In this document: one piece after another, positions 18,254 to 28,526 of the stretch | Position numbering within the stretch: the first letter of the stretch is position 1 | How the letters are laid out: every line of letters starts with the position of its first letter | Assembly (NCBI GenBank): GCA_963740085.1 | Contig: CAVUCU010000007.1 | Location: 128,001-192,000 of the forward strand | Source: Nitrospirota bacterium | Lineage (GTDB): Bacteria > Nitrospirota > UBA9217 | Length of the DNA stretch: 64,000 bases | Direction of reading: 5' to 3' | Position numbers and translations under genes: made by a program | Notes under the pieces: model-generated | Told to the model about the DNA's origin: nothing | The model's input: the letters and a program-made list of their open reading frames with translations, nothing else | Database searches by the model: none

Positions 18254-19060
18254 CTACTTCACCAGTTCGCCGTACTCGCCGGGCTTGCGATTCCTGAGGA
18301 ACCCCCAGGTCTCCGTGGCAGCTGCGCGCTCCGCAATGTCGATATCGGCAAGAACGATCGCCTCCTTGCTGCCGGCAAGCTCGGATGCCATCTCGCCCCA
18401 GGGGTCCACACAGAAGCTCCTGCCGTAGAACGAGACGCCATCCTCCTGACCCACACGGTTGACCCGGAAGATGTACATATTGTTGGCGAAGGCGTTGGCG
18501 CATATGGCCCGCTCCCAGAGGCTGTGCGTATTGAGCGACGCGGCAGTCGGCGCGAACACGATCTCGGCGCCCTTGAGAGCGAGGACCCGGCTGCCCTCGG
18601 GGAAAAGGTTGTCCCAGCAGATCTGGACACCGATCCTGCCCTGCGACGTCTCGAACACGGGGATCCCGGAATCTCCGGGAGAAAAGTAGAATTGTTCGCG
18701 GTACAGGGGGAGATCGGGAATGTGCAATTTGCGATAGACGCCGAGCAGCTTGCCGCGATCAAAGACCGCCGCGCTGTTATAATACGTGCCGCTGACGGAC
18801 TCGAAGAACGGGACGATGAGCACGGTCCCGGTCTTCTCGGAAACCTTCTGAAACCGGCCGAGCGTCTCGCCGAGAGAGCTGATCGCCCAGGAAAAGAGCG
18901 ACTTGTTTTCCTGTTTCGGGAACCAGGTTGTAAGGAACAGCTCGGGATAACAGATGACACTGGCATCCTTTTCAGCCGCCACTTCGGCCATTTCCACGGC
19001 GCGCTGGATATTCCTTCCGACATCCTGACCAGCGCTGATTTGTATTCCGGCTATTCGCAT
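18254..19060 (-). CDS. Nitrilase/carbon-nitrogen hydrolase (N-carbamoyl amidohydrolase-like)
   Basis: Catalytic triad motifs YPEL, YRKLHIP and ICWD. Confidence 0.9.
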   Translation of the reverse strand: MRIAGIQISAGQDVGRNIQRAVEMAEVAAEKDASVICYPELFLTTWFPKQENKSLFSWAISSLGETLGRFQKVSEKTGTVLIVPFFESVSGTYYNSAAVFDRGKLLGVYRKLHIPDLPLYREQFYFSPGDSGIPVFETSQGRIGVQICWDNLFPEGSRVLALKGAEIVFAPTAASLNTHSLWERAICANAFANNMYIFRVNRVGQEDGVSFYGRSFCVDPWGEMASELAGSKEAIVLADIDIAERAAATETWGFLRNRKPGEYGELVK

Positions 19061-19166
19061 GGAGATCTCATTTGCCTTGATGCACCAGATTCAGGGTTGG
19101 TCGCCTTGGAAGACAGGCCCTTCCTTCATGCTGTCAGACCCTTCAGACAACGTGCGGCTGCGGTAT

Positions 19167-19799
19167 CTACAGAATCAGTTCCATAATCTCATCAAGCGGT
19201 TTTCTATTCCGTGCAGGAGGGTCCTCATCCGGCACGCCGATGGGCAACAGCGCAGCAATGAAGGTATCCTTGCCGTAACCCAATAATTTTTCGAAAGTTT
19301 CCTGCGCCACGAGCGGTCCGGTCATCCAGCAGGAACCATAACCGAGCGCGTGGACCGCGAGCAGCATGTTCTGGATCGCGGCGGAAACGCTCTGCAAACC
19401 GGGCTGGGGCCGGAGCCGCATGATATCACCGGCTGAATAGCCCATCCTGGCAAGCAGACGGTCAGTTCCCGCGCTGTATTTTGCCATGAACACGGCGATC
19501 ACGAGCGGGGCATTCTCAAAAAAAGTATAAAAGCTGCTCTTGTACGCGGCAAGCCGCTGCGCCTGCTTCTCGTTCTCGGCATAAGGGAGCATCCGGTCGA
19601 CCATCTCCCGCGCCGCATCAGCCATCCTCTTGAGAAGCGCCTTGTCCCTGATGATGACGAACCTCCACGGCTGGGAGTTATTCGCGCTCGGCGCAAATCT
19701 CCCTGCATCGAGAATTTTGTTCAGGTCCTCATCAGGAACCAACGTCTGCTTGAACCGGCGGATGCTTTTTCTTCCCTGAATTGCGTCGAAGAGATCCAT
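19167..19799 (-). CDS. Nitroreductase family protein
   Basis: RKSIRRF, APSANNSQPWRF, IQNMLLAVHALGYG. Confidence 0.92.
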   Translation of the reverse strand: MDLFDAIQGRKSIRRFKQTLVPDEDLNKILDAGRFAPSANNSQPWRFVIIRDKALLKRMADAAREMVDRMLPYAENEKQAQRLAAYKSSFYTFFENAPLVIAVFMAKYSAGTDRLLARMGYSAGDIMRLRPQPGLQSVSAAIQNMLLAVHALGYGSCWMTGPLVAQETFEKLLGYGKDTFIAALLPIGVPDEDPPARNRKPLDEIMELIL

Positions 19800-19810
19800 A
19801 AGTTAGTACG

Positions 19811-19894
19811 GTTCACCGTTCAGAGTTCAAAGTTCAGAGTAGTTTTCAATTGATGGTGTTAGAACTACGAACTTTGAACTATGTACTCTGAACT
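19811..19894. repeat. Heptamer-periodic inverted repeat (GTTCAGA / GAACTxx)
   Basis: GTTCACC GTTCAGA GTTCAAA GTTCAGA ... GAACTAC GAACTTT GAACTAT GTACTCT GAACT. Confidence 0.7.
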
Positions 19895-19902
19895 CGGCTT
19901 TT

Positions 19903-20931
19903 CTACACCATCCCCGCCAGGTCCCGGATCAGCTTTTCCGAATCCTTCCATCCAAGGCACGGATCGGTGATGGACTTGCCATACACGTTCTCCGTTACCT
20001 TCTGCGTACCTTCTTCGATAAAACTCTCGATCATGAAACCCCTGACCATGTTCTTGAGCAGCGAAGAATGGCGGCGGCTCTGCATCACTTCCATTGCGAT
20101 CCGGGGCTGTTCGGCGAACTTTTTGTCGGAATTCGCATGGTTCGTGTCAACGATGATCGCCGGGTTTGTGAGTCCGCGCTTCTGGTAGGACTCGGCGAAT
20201 AGCTTGAGGTCCTCATAGTGATAATTGGGGACCGCGAGGCCATGATAGTCAACTGCGCCACGAAGGACGGCGTGCGTGAGCGGATTGCCGGGGGTCTTCA
20301 CTTCCCACCGGTTGTAGCTGAAAACATGGGGCGCCTGGGCTGCCTGGATGGAATTAAGCGTCACTTCCATGTCGCCCGATGTCGGGTTCTTCATGCCCAC
20401 GGGAATATCGAGACCGCTGCACGTCAGCCGGTGCGCCTGATTCTCAACCGAGCGTGCGCCCACGGCAACATAGCTCAGGACATCCTCGAGGTAGGGATAG
20501 TTTCCGGGGTAGAGCATCTCGTCGGCTGCGGGAATATGGGATTCCCTGAGCGCCCGGATATGCATCTTCCTGATCGCCTTGATCCCTTCGACGATGTTCG
20601 GCTTTTCCTGGAGTTTCGGCTGATGGGCCATGCCCTTGTACCCGATCCCGGTTGTGCGCGGCTTGTTGGTGTAGATGCGCGGGATGATGATGATCCTGTC
20701 CTTCACCTCGGCCTGGACCTTTGCCAGCCGCGCGATGTAATCGCACACCGCCTCTTCATCGTGGGCCGAGCACGGCCCGATGATCAGGATGAACTTGTTG
20801 TTCTCGCCGCTGAACGCCGCCTTGATGTCCTGGTCGCGCTTTTTCTTGATTTCCACCAGCTCCGGGGAAAGTGGCATCGCTGCAAGGACCTCCTGGGGCG
20901 GAGGAATTTCTTGAACATATTCAAAGCTCAT
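19903..20931 (-). CDS. aroG: DAHP synthase, class I-alpha
   Basis: IIGPCSAH, KPRTTG, VGARS, GMKNPTSG, DTNHANS, GKSITDPCLGW. Confidence 0.9.
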   Translation of the reverse strand: MSFEYVQEIPPPQEVLAAMPLSPELVEIKKKRDQDIKAAFSGENNKFILIIGPCSAHDEEAVCDYIARLAKVQAEVKDRIIIIPRIYTNKPRTTGIGYKGMAHQPKLQEKPNIVEGIKAIRKMHIRALRESHIPAADEMLYPGNYPYLEDVLSYVAVGARSVENQAHRLTCSGLDIPVGMKNPTSGDMEVTLNSIQAAQAPHVFSYNRWEVKTPGNPLTHAVLRGAVDYHGLAVPNYHYEDLKLFAESYQKRGLTNPAIIVDTNHANSDKKFAEQPRIAMEVMQSRRHSSLLKNMVRGFMIESFIEEGTQKVTENVYGKSITDPCLGWKDSEKLIRDLAGMV

Positions 20932-21121
20932 ATCCGGTTCATCCCTTCTCTGCTCAGTTCGTTATGAGTGTGAGCGCGTGGCATGCAGTATAAAATCCAA
21001 CCCCGAGTAAGTCAAGCCAAAAAACATAAAAAGGCCCCTCCTTCGGCACGAACATCCCTTGCCGGCGTGATCGACAAAAAACATCTGGCCTTTTTTGCCG
21101 TAATATTGTATAAATCTTGCC

Positions 21122-22048
21122 ATGGCAAAGAAATTCTGGGCAAAATTCAAAGGCGGCAAGTTCGACCGCTCCGTCATCATCGGGATCATCATTGCCGTGC
21201 TCGTGATAGCGCTCACGCTCTGGGGCCCGCTCCGCAAATTCCGTGTGGCGGAGGAACGGAAACCCGCTGCACAGGCGCAGAAACAGGAATTGATCAAGAA
21301 AAAATCCGGGAAGAAAGTCAAGAAAGAAGCCCAAGCATTAAAAAATCAGGCTGAAAGTCTCGTTGCAGGGTCTTATGAAAGAACGGTCCCCGTCGCCATT
21401 GTGATCGACGATCTGGGGCAGGACGTAAAACTGGCGAAAGAGGTCCTCGCGCTGCCCGGAAAGCTCACCCTTGCTGTTATGCCGGGACTTGCGCAGTCAA
21501 CTGCTATTGCCGAACTGGCAAAGCAGTCCGGCCGGGAGGTCCTTCTCCACCTGCCCATGGAACCCTTGAAGAACCATGAAAAAACACGATCTCCAGGCAC
21601 CTTGAGCGTGGATATGACCCCCATGGCGTTCCTGAATACCGTGAACGACGATGTGGCGTCGGTACCCGGAGCTGTCGGCGTGAACAACCATGAAGGCTCG
21701 GCGCTGACGGAGAACCTTGAGGCCATGAAATTCCTGATGGCGGAGCTCAAATCACGCAATCTTTTTTTCCTCGACAGCATGACCACCCCGAAAAGCGTTG
21801 CCTATGCGACGGCCATCGAGTTTGGCATGAACGCCGCCAGGCGCGACGTATTTCTGGACAATGAAGGCGACAACCCGTTATATATCCGCGGACAGCTTGA
21901 AAAGCTGATAGAAATTGCCCGCAATCATGGCAAGGCCATCGGCATCGGGCATCCGCATCCGGCAACGCTCAGCGAACTCAGAAAGTGGCTTGCTGAGACC
22001 GGCGCCGAGGGGATCGAGATCGTGCCGGTATCAAGATTGATGCAGTAG
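21122..22048 (+). CDS. Divergent polysaccharide deacetylase (YibQ-like)
   Basis: N-terminal TM; IVIDDLG, LHLPMEP, NNHEGS, RDVFLDN, IGHP. Confidence 0.9.
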   Translation: MAKKFWAKFKGGKFDRSVIIGIIIAVLVIALTLWGPLRKFRVAEERKPAAQAQKQELIKKKSGKKVKKEAQALKNQAESLVAGSYERTVPVAIVIDDLGQDVKLAKEVLALPGKLTLAVMPGLAQSTAIAELAKQSGREVLLHLPMEPLKNHEKTRSPGTLSVDMTPMAFLNTVNDDVASVPGAVGVNNHEGSALTENLEAMKFLMAELKSRNLFFLDSMTTPKSVAYATAIEFGMNAARRDVFLDNEGDNPLYIRGQLEKLIEIARNHGKAIGIGHPHPATLSELRKWLAETGAEGIEIVPVSRLMQ

Positions 22049-22055
22049 AAGAACA

Positions 22056-22137
22056 GGGTCATGGGACATGGGTCATGGGTCAAAAAGCACTTATGCTTTC
22101 CTTGATCTTCGCCCCCTGACCCCTGCCCCGTGCCCCT
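22056..22137. repeat. Heptamer-periodic inverted repeat (GGGTCAT / TGxCCCy)
   Basis: GGGTCAT GGGACAT GGGTCAT GGGTCAA ... CGCCCCC TGACCCC TGCCCCG TGCCCCT. Confidence 0.7.
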
Positions 22138-22149
22138 TTCTTTAAACCC

Positions 22150-23154
22150 ATGTATACCCTCGGAATAGAAACCTCATGCGATGAAACCGCGGCTGCGGTG
22201 CTGCAGGACGAAAAGGTACTGTCAAACATAGTATCCTCGCAGATCGACATCCACAAAAAATTCGGCGGCGTGGTCCCCGAACTCGCATCACGTGAGCACC
22301 TTAAGAACCTGATGCCTGTTATCCGCGAGGCGCTTACCTCCGCATCGGTTACACTCAAGGACATCAACCTCATCGCGGTCACGTACACGCCCGGCCTGAT
22401 CGGCGCGCTGCTCGTGGGAGTGTCCGCTGCCAAGGCCATTGCGTATGCGAGCGGCATCCCCTTCATCGGCGTGCACCACGGTGAAGGGCACATCCTCGCG
22501 GCGCATATCGAGTATCCGGGTATCGGTTATCCTTACATTGCCCTCCTCGTGTCGGGTGGACATACAGCGATCTACCACGTCAAGGGCCTCGGCGAATACC
22601 GTCTCCTTGGCCAGACGCGGGACGACGCAGCGGGCGAAGCCTATGATAAGGTAGCTAAGCTGCTTGGTCTCGAATACCCCGGCGGTCCGGTGCTCGACAA
22701 ACTCGCCCAGGAGGGCAATCCAGGGACAGTCAAATTTCCACGAGGCCATCTGGAGGGCTGCGACTTCAGCTTCAGCGGGCTCAAGACCGCGGTCAGAAAC
22801 CACCTTGCCCTCTTCAGGAGCAAAGACAAGGGACTCGACCCGGGCCTGAACATCAAGGACATTGCGGCCAGTTTTCAGGCTGCGGTCGTGGACACGCTCG
22901 TTAACAAGACCATGCAGGCGGCAAGCGGAACGGGCGTGGACAAGATCGTGGTTGCCGGCGGCGTGGCTGCGAACAGTCTGCTCCGGAAAAGAATGCTGGA
23001 TGAAGCGGGGAAGCACGGCGCCACACTCTATCTCCCGGCTATGGGCCTCTGCATCGACAACGCCGCCATGATCGCCCTCGCGGGATATCTCCACCATCAA
23101 CGCGGCGAGAACTCAAACCTTGACCTGAATCCCCGACCCGGCATGCCGCTGTGA
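22150..23154 (+). CDS. tsaD: tRNA N6-adenosine threonylcarbamoyltransferase
   Basis: LGIETSCDET, GGVVPELASR, HHGEGH, SGGHT, FSFSGLKTA, DNAAMI. Confidence 0.96.
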   Translation: MYTLGIETSCDETAAAVLQDEKVLSNIVSSQIDIHKKFGGVVPELASREHLKNLMPVIREALTSASVTLKDINLIAVTYTPGLIGALLVGVSAAKAIAYASGIPFIGVHHGEGHILAAHIEYPGIGYPYIALLVSGGHTAIYHVKGLGEYRLLGQTRDDAAGEAYDKVAKLLGLEYPGGPVLDKLAQEGNPGTVKFPRGHLEGCDFSFSGLKTAVRNHLALFRSKDKGLDPGLNIKDIAASFQAAVVDTLVNKTMQAASGTGVDKIVVAGGVAANSLLRKRMLDEAGKHGATLYLPAMGLCIDNAAMIALAGYLHHQRGENSNLDLNPRPGMPL

Positions 23155-23519
23155 ATTATTCTCACATAGGCTGTTTGAAAACACCTAATTTATTCGCGCA
23201 CTGCCACAATGCCATTTTCTTGTCGTGCGGTGCTGAGATTTTACCAACTTCACCTACTAGTCCGCAATTGCAGATAGACGAAACTATCGTTAAATACGGA
23301 TTGTAAAGTGCACACATCGCCCGTAAATTTTTTTCATCTTTTGCGTCGAATGCCGTCCGCCGTATTGGCGCTAGTCGCGGTATCCTTCCGATGTCTGGTC
23401 TGTTCGAAGCTTGTCAGATCCGAAGAGCGGAAGTCGGTAGGATAGCACGTATACAACTATTCAAGCTCTCTGTTTGATACAACAAGGGAAGTCGCCCAGC
23501 CGCCGGGCAACCGAGGTTG

Positions 23520-24389
23520 TTAAGAGGTGGTTGATGACAAATTCAAGATCTTGGATTTCACTACATTTTTACCGGTTTCCCTGGCCGAATTCATAAGATC
23601 TTCGGCCATAGCGATCAGTTCATCTAATGTGCATGTCGGGCCGTCGCAGGTAACGACACCTGTACTGAATGCTACCGGCCAGCCCTTTTTTTTCACCATA
23701 TCCAGAAGACGTTCCTGAACTTTATAAATGATAACCGTGGCGTTCTCATTATTTGTTTCCGGCATAAGAACAGCGAATTTGGAACCCCCAAGTCTCGAAA
23801 TTATATCTGTGAGCCGCAATGTTGACCCCATGATCTGGGCTAATTCATGGAGGAGGTAATCGCCTGCAATATGGCCGAGGGTGTCATTTACCTGTCGTAA
23901 ATTATCTATATCGATATATGCTAGAGTGAGAGGTAGTTTAGATATAGTCGATCTGCTGATTTCAATACGTGCCTGCTCATAAAAGAATTTGATATTAGCT
24001 ACGCCCGTCAAATCGTCGGTGTCGGCATGTTCATGTTCCTTTATCAATGATTTTTTTAAGGTTGCAATGGAATAGGCAACGATTAAAAACATACTTAGCA
24101 CCAGTGTGGCGTTCCAAATGCGAACAGTGATATGAGAATAATTATGTCCAGACATCAGGTCAGACGTTGCCCAGGTGATAGCACTGAAAATTGATACCAG
24201 GACGGTAGGCATTCCTCCCACGTACCAAGCGATCAGTATGATGGGAAGAAGATAGAGCACATCTAGGGAAATATCATAGCTCGCTATAGTATCAAGACCG
24301 CCGATTGCCAATACGAGGAGCAATCCGAAAATCGTAAGAATTGATTTTGGGAGTTTTTCAGGGAATTCTATGATTTTCTTTATCCGCAT
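23520..24389 (-). CDS. Membrane-anchored GGDEF-domain protein with degenerate active site
   Basis: N-terminal TM helices; DDLTG, DIDN..VNDTLGH..GD; SRLGGSKF in place of GGDEF. Confidence 0.85.
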   Translation of the reverse strand: MRIKKIIEFPEKLPKSILTIFGLLLVLAIGGLDTIASYDISLDVLYLLPIILIAWYVGGMPTVLVSIFSAITWATSDLMSGHNYSHITVRIWNATLVLSMFLIVAYSIATLKKSLIKEHEHADTDDLTGVANIKFFYEQARIEISRSTISKLPLTLAYIDIDNLRQVNDTLGHIAGDYLLHELAQIMGSTLRLTDIISRLGGSKFAVLMPETNNENATVIIYKVQERLLDMVKKKGWPVAFSTGVVTCDGPTCTLDELIAMAEDLMNSARETGKNVVKSKILNLSSTTS

Positions 24390-24626
24390 AACAGCCGATG
24401 CTTGCAGTGGTAGATAATATTAAATGATCTTCTTTGGCCCGCCCTGTAAGCTAGACCTCGGGTAACGGGATGAGCATTTTCTGTAAAATAGCACTCATCC
24501 TTATAGCTATTATTTCTTTGCAGATAATAGCTTATGCCTATAAAAATTACTAGTTGAACTATGTACATGAATAGCGTGTTGAAAAAGTACAGGTTACAGG
24601 ACGTTATATATGCTGCACTCTTCACG

Positions 24627-25427
24627 TTAGGTTCGACCCTCTGGTTGTTCACCTTCTCGTGCGACGCTGTTTTTCATTCTTACCCACTGGTCTATGAACG
24701 TTTGGAGCAACGTTTTATCCTTGTCCGTCAGATCGACAAACTCCGACCCTATATCATAGTGTGTTTGCCCCTTGTTTTCCTTCATGTGGCATGAAGCAAT
24801 TCGTCCGATAAAATTGACCGCGGTGCCATCATTCAGAGACAATTCCATGGGGACCTTGCTTTCTATTGCCAGAGCCTGATCAGTCTGGATGAGCATGCCG
24901 CTGAGACTGATTGTTTTCACATTAAAATTCGCGGGATAGCTCAAAACATGCTCATTCAGACCGGTAATTTGAAATCTGACATTGAGCCTCCGCTCCTCCG
25001 GTAATGGCGCTTTTTCTTTTTGGTTTTGCACTATTGATTTAAGAAAATCGGCGACCTGATCCGCTGAGCTCTCTTTAAACTGCATGCCTACAGCGTATAT
25101 GGAGACACTTTCCCCGTTGTCTCTTGCCTCTATTCCCTTGAGCTCGGAACGGACTATAATGCCCGTTACATTGAGAGTCTTCCCTTTATCCTGGAGCTTG
25201 ATCGTATATTCCCTGCCGGGATTCAGTCTCCGGTCCGATTTCAAGGCAACTCCGCCGAGACCGATATCAAGGATCTCCACTTTATCGGATAAACTCATCT
25301 TGCCCTTTAAGTCATTTAACTCCAGGTAGTATCTTTTATGTCGTCTCGTGTTGTTCATGATAGGTTTCTTCTCAATTGACAAGTTGTCAGAATACTCATT
25401 CTGAGAGCTCATGTCTACAAAAGCCAT
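24627..25427 (-). CDS. Double PilZ domain protein
   Basis: RRHKR..DIGLGG and RRLNVR..TISLSG motifs. Confidence 0.82.
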   Translation of the reverse strand: MAFVDMSSQNEYSDNLSIEKKPIMNNTRRHKRYYLELNDLKGKMSLSDKVEILDIGLGGVALKSDRRLNPGREYTIKLQDKGKTLNVTGIIVRSELKGIEARDNGESVSIYAVGMQFKESSADQVADFLKSIVQNQKEKAPLPEERRLNVRFQITGLNEHVLSYPANFNVKTISLSGMLIQTDQALAIESKVPMELSLNDGTAVNFIGRIASCHMKENKGQTHYDIGSEFVDLTDKDKTLLQTFIDQWVRMKNSVAREGEQPEGRT

Positions 25428-25484
25428 GGATTACTCCTGGCTTAATCAGTCTTGACCTGCGCAATCTATTCATGGTTCCATCCC

Positions 25485-25922
25485 TTACGTCATGATCGTG
25501 ACGTTTTCGATCGCGCTCCCCACGACAAAGACCCTTTTGTTATTGCTATCTTCGTCAACGGGGATGAGGAAAAACCCCTTGGCCCCCTTGCCCAGCTTGG
25601 ATAGGGAAAACCCCTTGTCCCAGGGGATCTCACCCTCGATGAACCCGACCAGCGATTCTTTATCGATGAACTTAACAAAAACCTTTCGGCCAAGGTTCTT
25701 CCTGCTCCCGAAAACCTTCCGTTCGACATATCGACTGGAGCCCTCAAAGCTCTTGACGAAAAAAATCGCCTTCAGCTCTTCCATCGGGACGCGGTTTTCC
25801 TTGTTTGTCTGGTCACTCATGATGAGCGTGTCCGATTCTATACTGAAATTTCTCACGAAGCCCTTCAAAAGTCTTCCGTCCCTGAACCTGGCGACGATCT
25901 TTTCTCCTTCATTATTTTTCAA
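25485..25922 (-). CDS. Conserved hypothetical protein with two internal repeats (DUF6982-like)
   Basis: KIVARFRDGRLLKG and KVFVKFIDKESLVG repeats; LKAIFFVKSF; GGAGG before the TTG at 25922. Confidence 0.7.
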   Translation of the reverse strand: MKNNEGEKIVARFRDGRLLKGFVRNFSIESDTLIMSDQTNKENRVPMEELKAIFFVKSFEGSSRYVERKVFGSRKNLGRKVFVKFIDKESLVGFIEGEIPWDKGFSLSKLGKGAKGFFLIPVDEDSNNKRVFVVGSAIENVTIMT

Positions 25923-25979
25923 ACAGTCACCTCCGGAGCACCGATTAATTGTTCCCAGGATACTCAATCTGGGAATAAT

Positions 25980-26309
25980 TCAACCAACAAACCGGCCAAG
26001 CAGTATATCCTCAAGATTGCGTCTTGCATCGAGGACGGCGAGAACATATACAGTTTGGCCGGATATTCTGCAAATCATTCTCCAGGGGGCAATGATTATT
26101 TCCCGATAGAGAATAATGCCCTGTTCCTTCAACTCAGGCACAACAACGCGGCCTCTTTCCGGCAGGACATGCAAGCCAACCGCCTTCTTGCGCATTCTTT
26201 CCACTATCTTCAGCGCCTCATCGATACTGTCTTCGGCGATAAATCCGATGATTGAATCCAAATCATACTCAGCGGTGGCCGTCCATTTGACGGTAAAGTT
26301 ACGACTCAT
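25980..26309 (-). CDS. RelE/ParE family toxin
   Basis: VKWTATAEYDL, PERGRVVVPEL, VLAVLDARRNL; overlaps the antitoxin stop. Confidence 0.85.
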   Translation of the reverse strand: MSRNFTVKWTATAEYDLDSIIGFIAEDSIDEALKIVERMRKKAVGLHVLPERGRVVVPELKEQGIILYREIIIAPWRMICRISGQTVYVLAVLDARRNLEDILLGRFVG

Positions 26310-26598
26310 CGGCATTTCGCTGTTTCCTGGCCTTCAGCTTGTGCTCAAGACGTTTGAAAATATCCTCCTGTTCACTGGTCCTTCCAAGACGAATATCCTC
26401 TTCTCCCTGAGCAAGGACCTTCATCAAACCTATTGCGGACTTCATGCGCTCATACGATTCAGGGTCTTGCAGAACGGCGCGTGGTTCCCCGTTTTGCGTG
26501 ATAATGACCGGCCTGTGCGTTTCATTGATCTGCAGCAATATATCCGCGGCCTTTGATTTGAGATACGTCACGGGTCGAATGTCTTCACTGATTTTCAT
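26299..26598 (-). CDS. Phd/YefM family antitoxin
   Basis: IRPVTYLK..PVIITQNGEPRAVL; AGGAGG RBS. Confidence 0.88.
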   Translation of the reverse strand: MKISEDIRPVTYLKSKAADILLQINETHRPVIITQNGEPRAVLQDPESYERMKSAIGLMKVLAQGEEDIRLGRTSEQEDIFKRLEHKLKARKQRNADES

Positions 26599-26780
26599 TC
26601 TCCACCTCCTGTCCGAATAACGTACCATAAAAGGTCCTTTAACGCAAGCGGCTTTTTCGGTCATCAAATGACTTTACGCCCATGGGTTAAACTTTAAGCG
26701 TGGCGATATCTCCAGCCTTGACCTGAACCCCCGCCCCAGCATGCCGCTGTGAGTTATTCTCAATTAATGCAAAATAGTTC

Positions 26781-26808
26781 TTGCTATTCCCTCATAATAC
26801 TGTATTAT
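26781..26808 (+). promoter_or_regulatory. Candidate sigma70 promoter for the DEAD-box helicase, implying a long 5' leader
   Basis: TTGCTA-N16-TATTAT about 300 bp upstream of the ATG at 27108. Confidence 0.4.
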
Positions 26809-27107
26809 GCACGTCGACTGTTTAACATTGCGGCAGGATTTGACTGAAGTACACACACACGTCATCATCTCTCTGCCCTTCATATCATCGATCTCTAACC
26901 CCCCTTGTTTTCAGCCCCCGCTCTGAAATCACAGCAGCACGTATGGTTGGCGAACGATGTAGTTATGCCGGTCATATTTGTGCTGGCGTCGTCTTCGCTC
27001 TCAGGGATACCTTTGTGCCCCTGCGGCCCGCACGCAAACCCTTAACGGGATTTCTGTTTCCGGAATGAATATATCTTCATTTCGGCGTAAGAGATCAAAG
27101 GAGTCGT

Positions 27108-28499
27108 ATGTCTTTTTCAAAATTGCAGCTCATCGAACCGATCCTGAAAGCAATAAAACTGTGCGGCTACACCACGCCCACGCCCATCCAGGAGCAGGCT
27201 ATTCCCAAGGCACTGGCGGGTCAAGACCTGATCGCAACAGCCCAGACCGGGACCGGCAAAACCGCGGCCTTCGTGTTGCCGGCGCTCCAGCGTTTGAGCG
27301 TACCCTCCATAGCAGCGGGACGGTCCAAAGGACCCCGCGTACTCGTACTGACACCCACGCGCGAACTGGCCAATCAGATAACCGAGGCGGTCAGAACCTA
27401 CGGCAAGTTCATGCGCATCCGGAGCGGCGCGATCCTCGGCGGCATGCCCTACTTCGAACAGCAGCGTCTTCTGTCCCAGCCGGTGGATCTGATCGTAGCC
27501 ACACCCGGACGTCTCATGGACCATATGGAGCGGGGACAGATCAATTTCTCGCGCCTCGAACTGCTCGTGCTCGATGAGGCTGATCGCATGCTCGACATGG
27601 GATTCAGCGAGGCAGTGGACACCATCGCGGCCGCGACCCCGGCCACGCGCCAGACCATGATGTTCACCGCAACCATGGACAATTCGATGGCTAGGCTTGC
27701 CCAGCGTCTGCTCAAGGACCCGGTACGGGTCGAGATCGCCGGCAAGAAGACCACCCTTGAAACGATCGAACAGCGCCTTCACGCGGCCGACGACATGCAG
27801 CATAAGAACCGCATGCTCAAACACCTGATCTCGGACAGCGGCATGACCAGGGCGATCATCTTCTCGGGCACCAAACGAAACGCCGACCAGCTGGCGAACG
27901 AACTGCACGCCCAGGGCCACTCAGCCGCGGCGCTGCACGGCGACATGAGCCAGAACGCCCGCAACCGCACCATCATGAACATGAAGCGCGGCAAGATCCG
28001 GCTGCTCGTTGCAACAGACGTGGCCGCACGCGGGCTTGACGTCATCGGCATCACCCATATCATCAATTACGACCTTCCGAAGAATGCCGAGGACTACGTA
28101 CATCGCATCGGTCGCACCGGGCGTGCAGGTGCAACAGGCATCGCCATCTCCTTCGCGTCGTCCAGGGAAGTGGACTCCCTGCGCAGTATCGAACGCTATA
28201 TCGGACAAAGCATTCCCCAGCAGATCATTGCGGGACTGGAACCGGCGCGCCCCTTACGCCGGTCAAGCAGCGGGGGCAGTCCGACGCCGTCATCGGGGAA
28301 ACGATGGCAGGGCGCCTCGACCGGCAAACGGTATGGCCAGAACGCCGCACCCCGAAGTCCCTTTGGTTCGAAAACCACCCGTCGCTCGGATTCTGATGGC
28401 CGATTCTTCAGAGACGAGAAGAAGAGTGTCAAGCAGGATGGCGGGAAGTTTGGGGATTTCCGCAAGCCAAAGCAATACAGTCAGAGCCGGTGGACCTAG
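27108..28499 (+). CDS. rhlE: DEAD-box RNA helicase (RhlE-like)
   Basis: AQTGTGKT, PTRELA, DEAD, HRIGRTGRAG; basic tail. Confidence 0.9.
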   Translation: MSFSKLQLIEPILKAIKLCGYTTPTPIQEQAIPKALAGQDLIATAQTGTGKTAAFVLPALQRLSVPSIAAGRSKGPRVLVLTPTRELANQITEAVRTYGKFMRIRSGAILGGMPYFEQQRLLSQPVDLIVATPGRLMDHMERGQINFSRLELLVLDEADRMLDMGFSEAVDTIAAATPATRQTMMFTATMDNSMARLAQRLLKDPVRVEIAGKKTTLETIEQRLHAADDMQHKNRMLKHLISDSGMTRAIIFSGTKRNADQLANELHAQGHSAAALHGDMSQNARNRTIMNMKRGKIRLLVATDVAARGLDVIGITHIINYDLPKNAEDYVHRIGRTGRAGATGIAISFASSREVDSLRSIERYIGQSIPQQIIAGLEPARPLRRSSSGGSPTPSSGKRWQGASTGKRYGQNAAPRSPFGSKTTRRSDSDGRFFRDEKKSVKQDGGKFGDFRKPKQYSQSRWT

Positions 28500-28526
28500 T
28501 CAAGATCAGGATATATCATTGCTCGG

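Larger units (their letters stand above)
23101..26762. mobile_element. Genomic islet bounded by a 64-bp duplication of the tsaD 3' end
   Basis: 23101-23164 and 26699-26762 are identical at 55/64 positions. The cargo is AT-richer, all on the minus strand, and includes a toxin-antitoxin pair. No integrase is present. Confidence 0.75.

Noticed and set aside
11093-22137. Short tandem repeats considered as CRISPR arrays
   Set aside because: Units are 7-9 bp with no unique spacers, and there are no cas genes.
23478-23524. Hairpin after the GGDEF stop with TAAC...GTT ends (attC-like)
   Set aside because: Too short and a poor fit to attC boxes; more likely a terminator-type hairpin.
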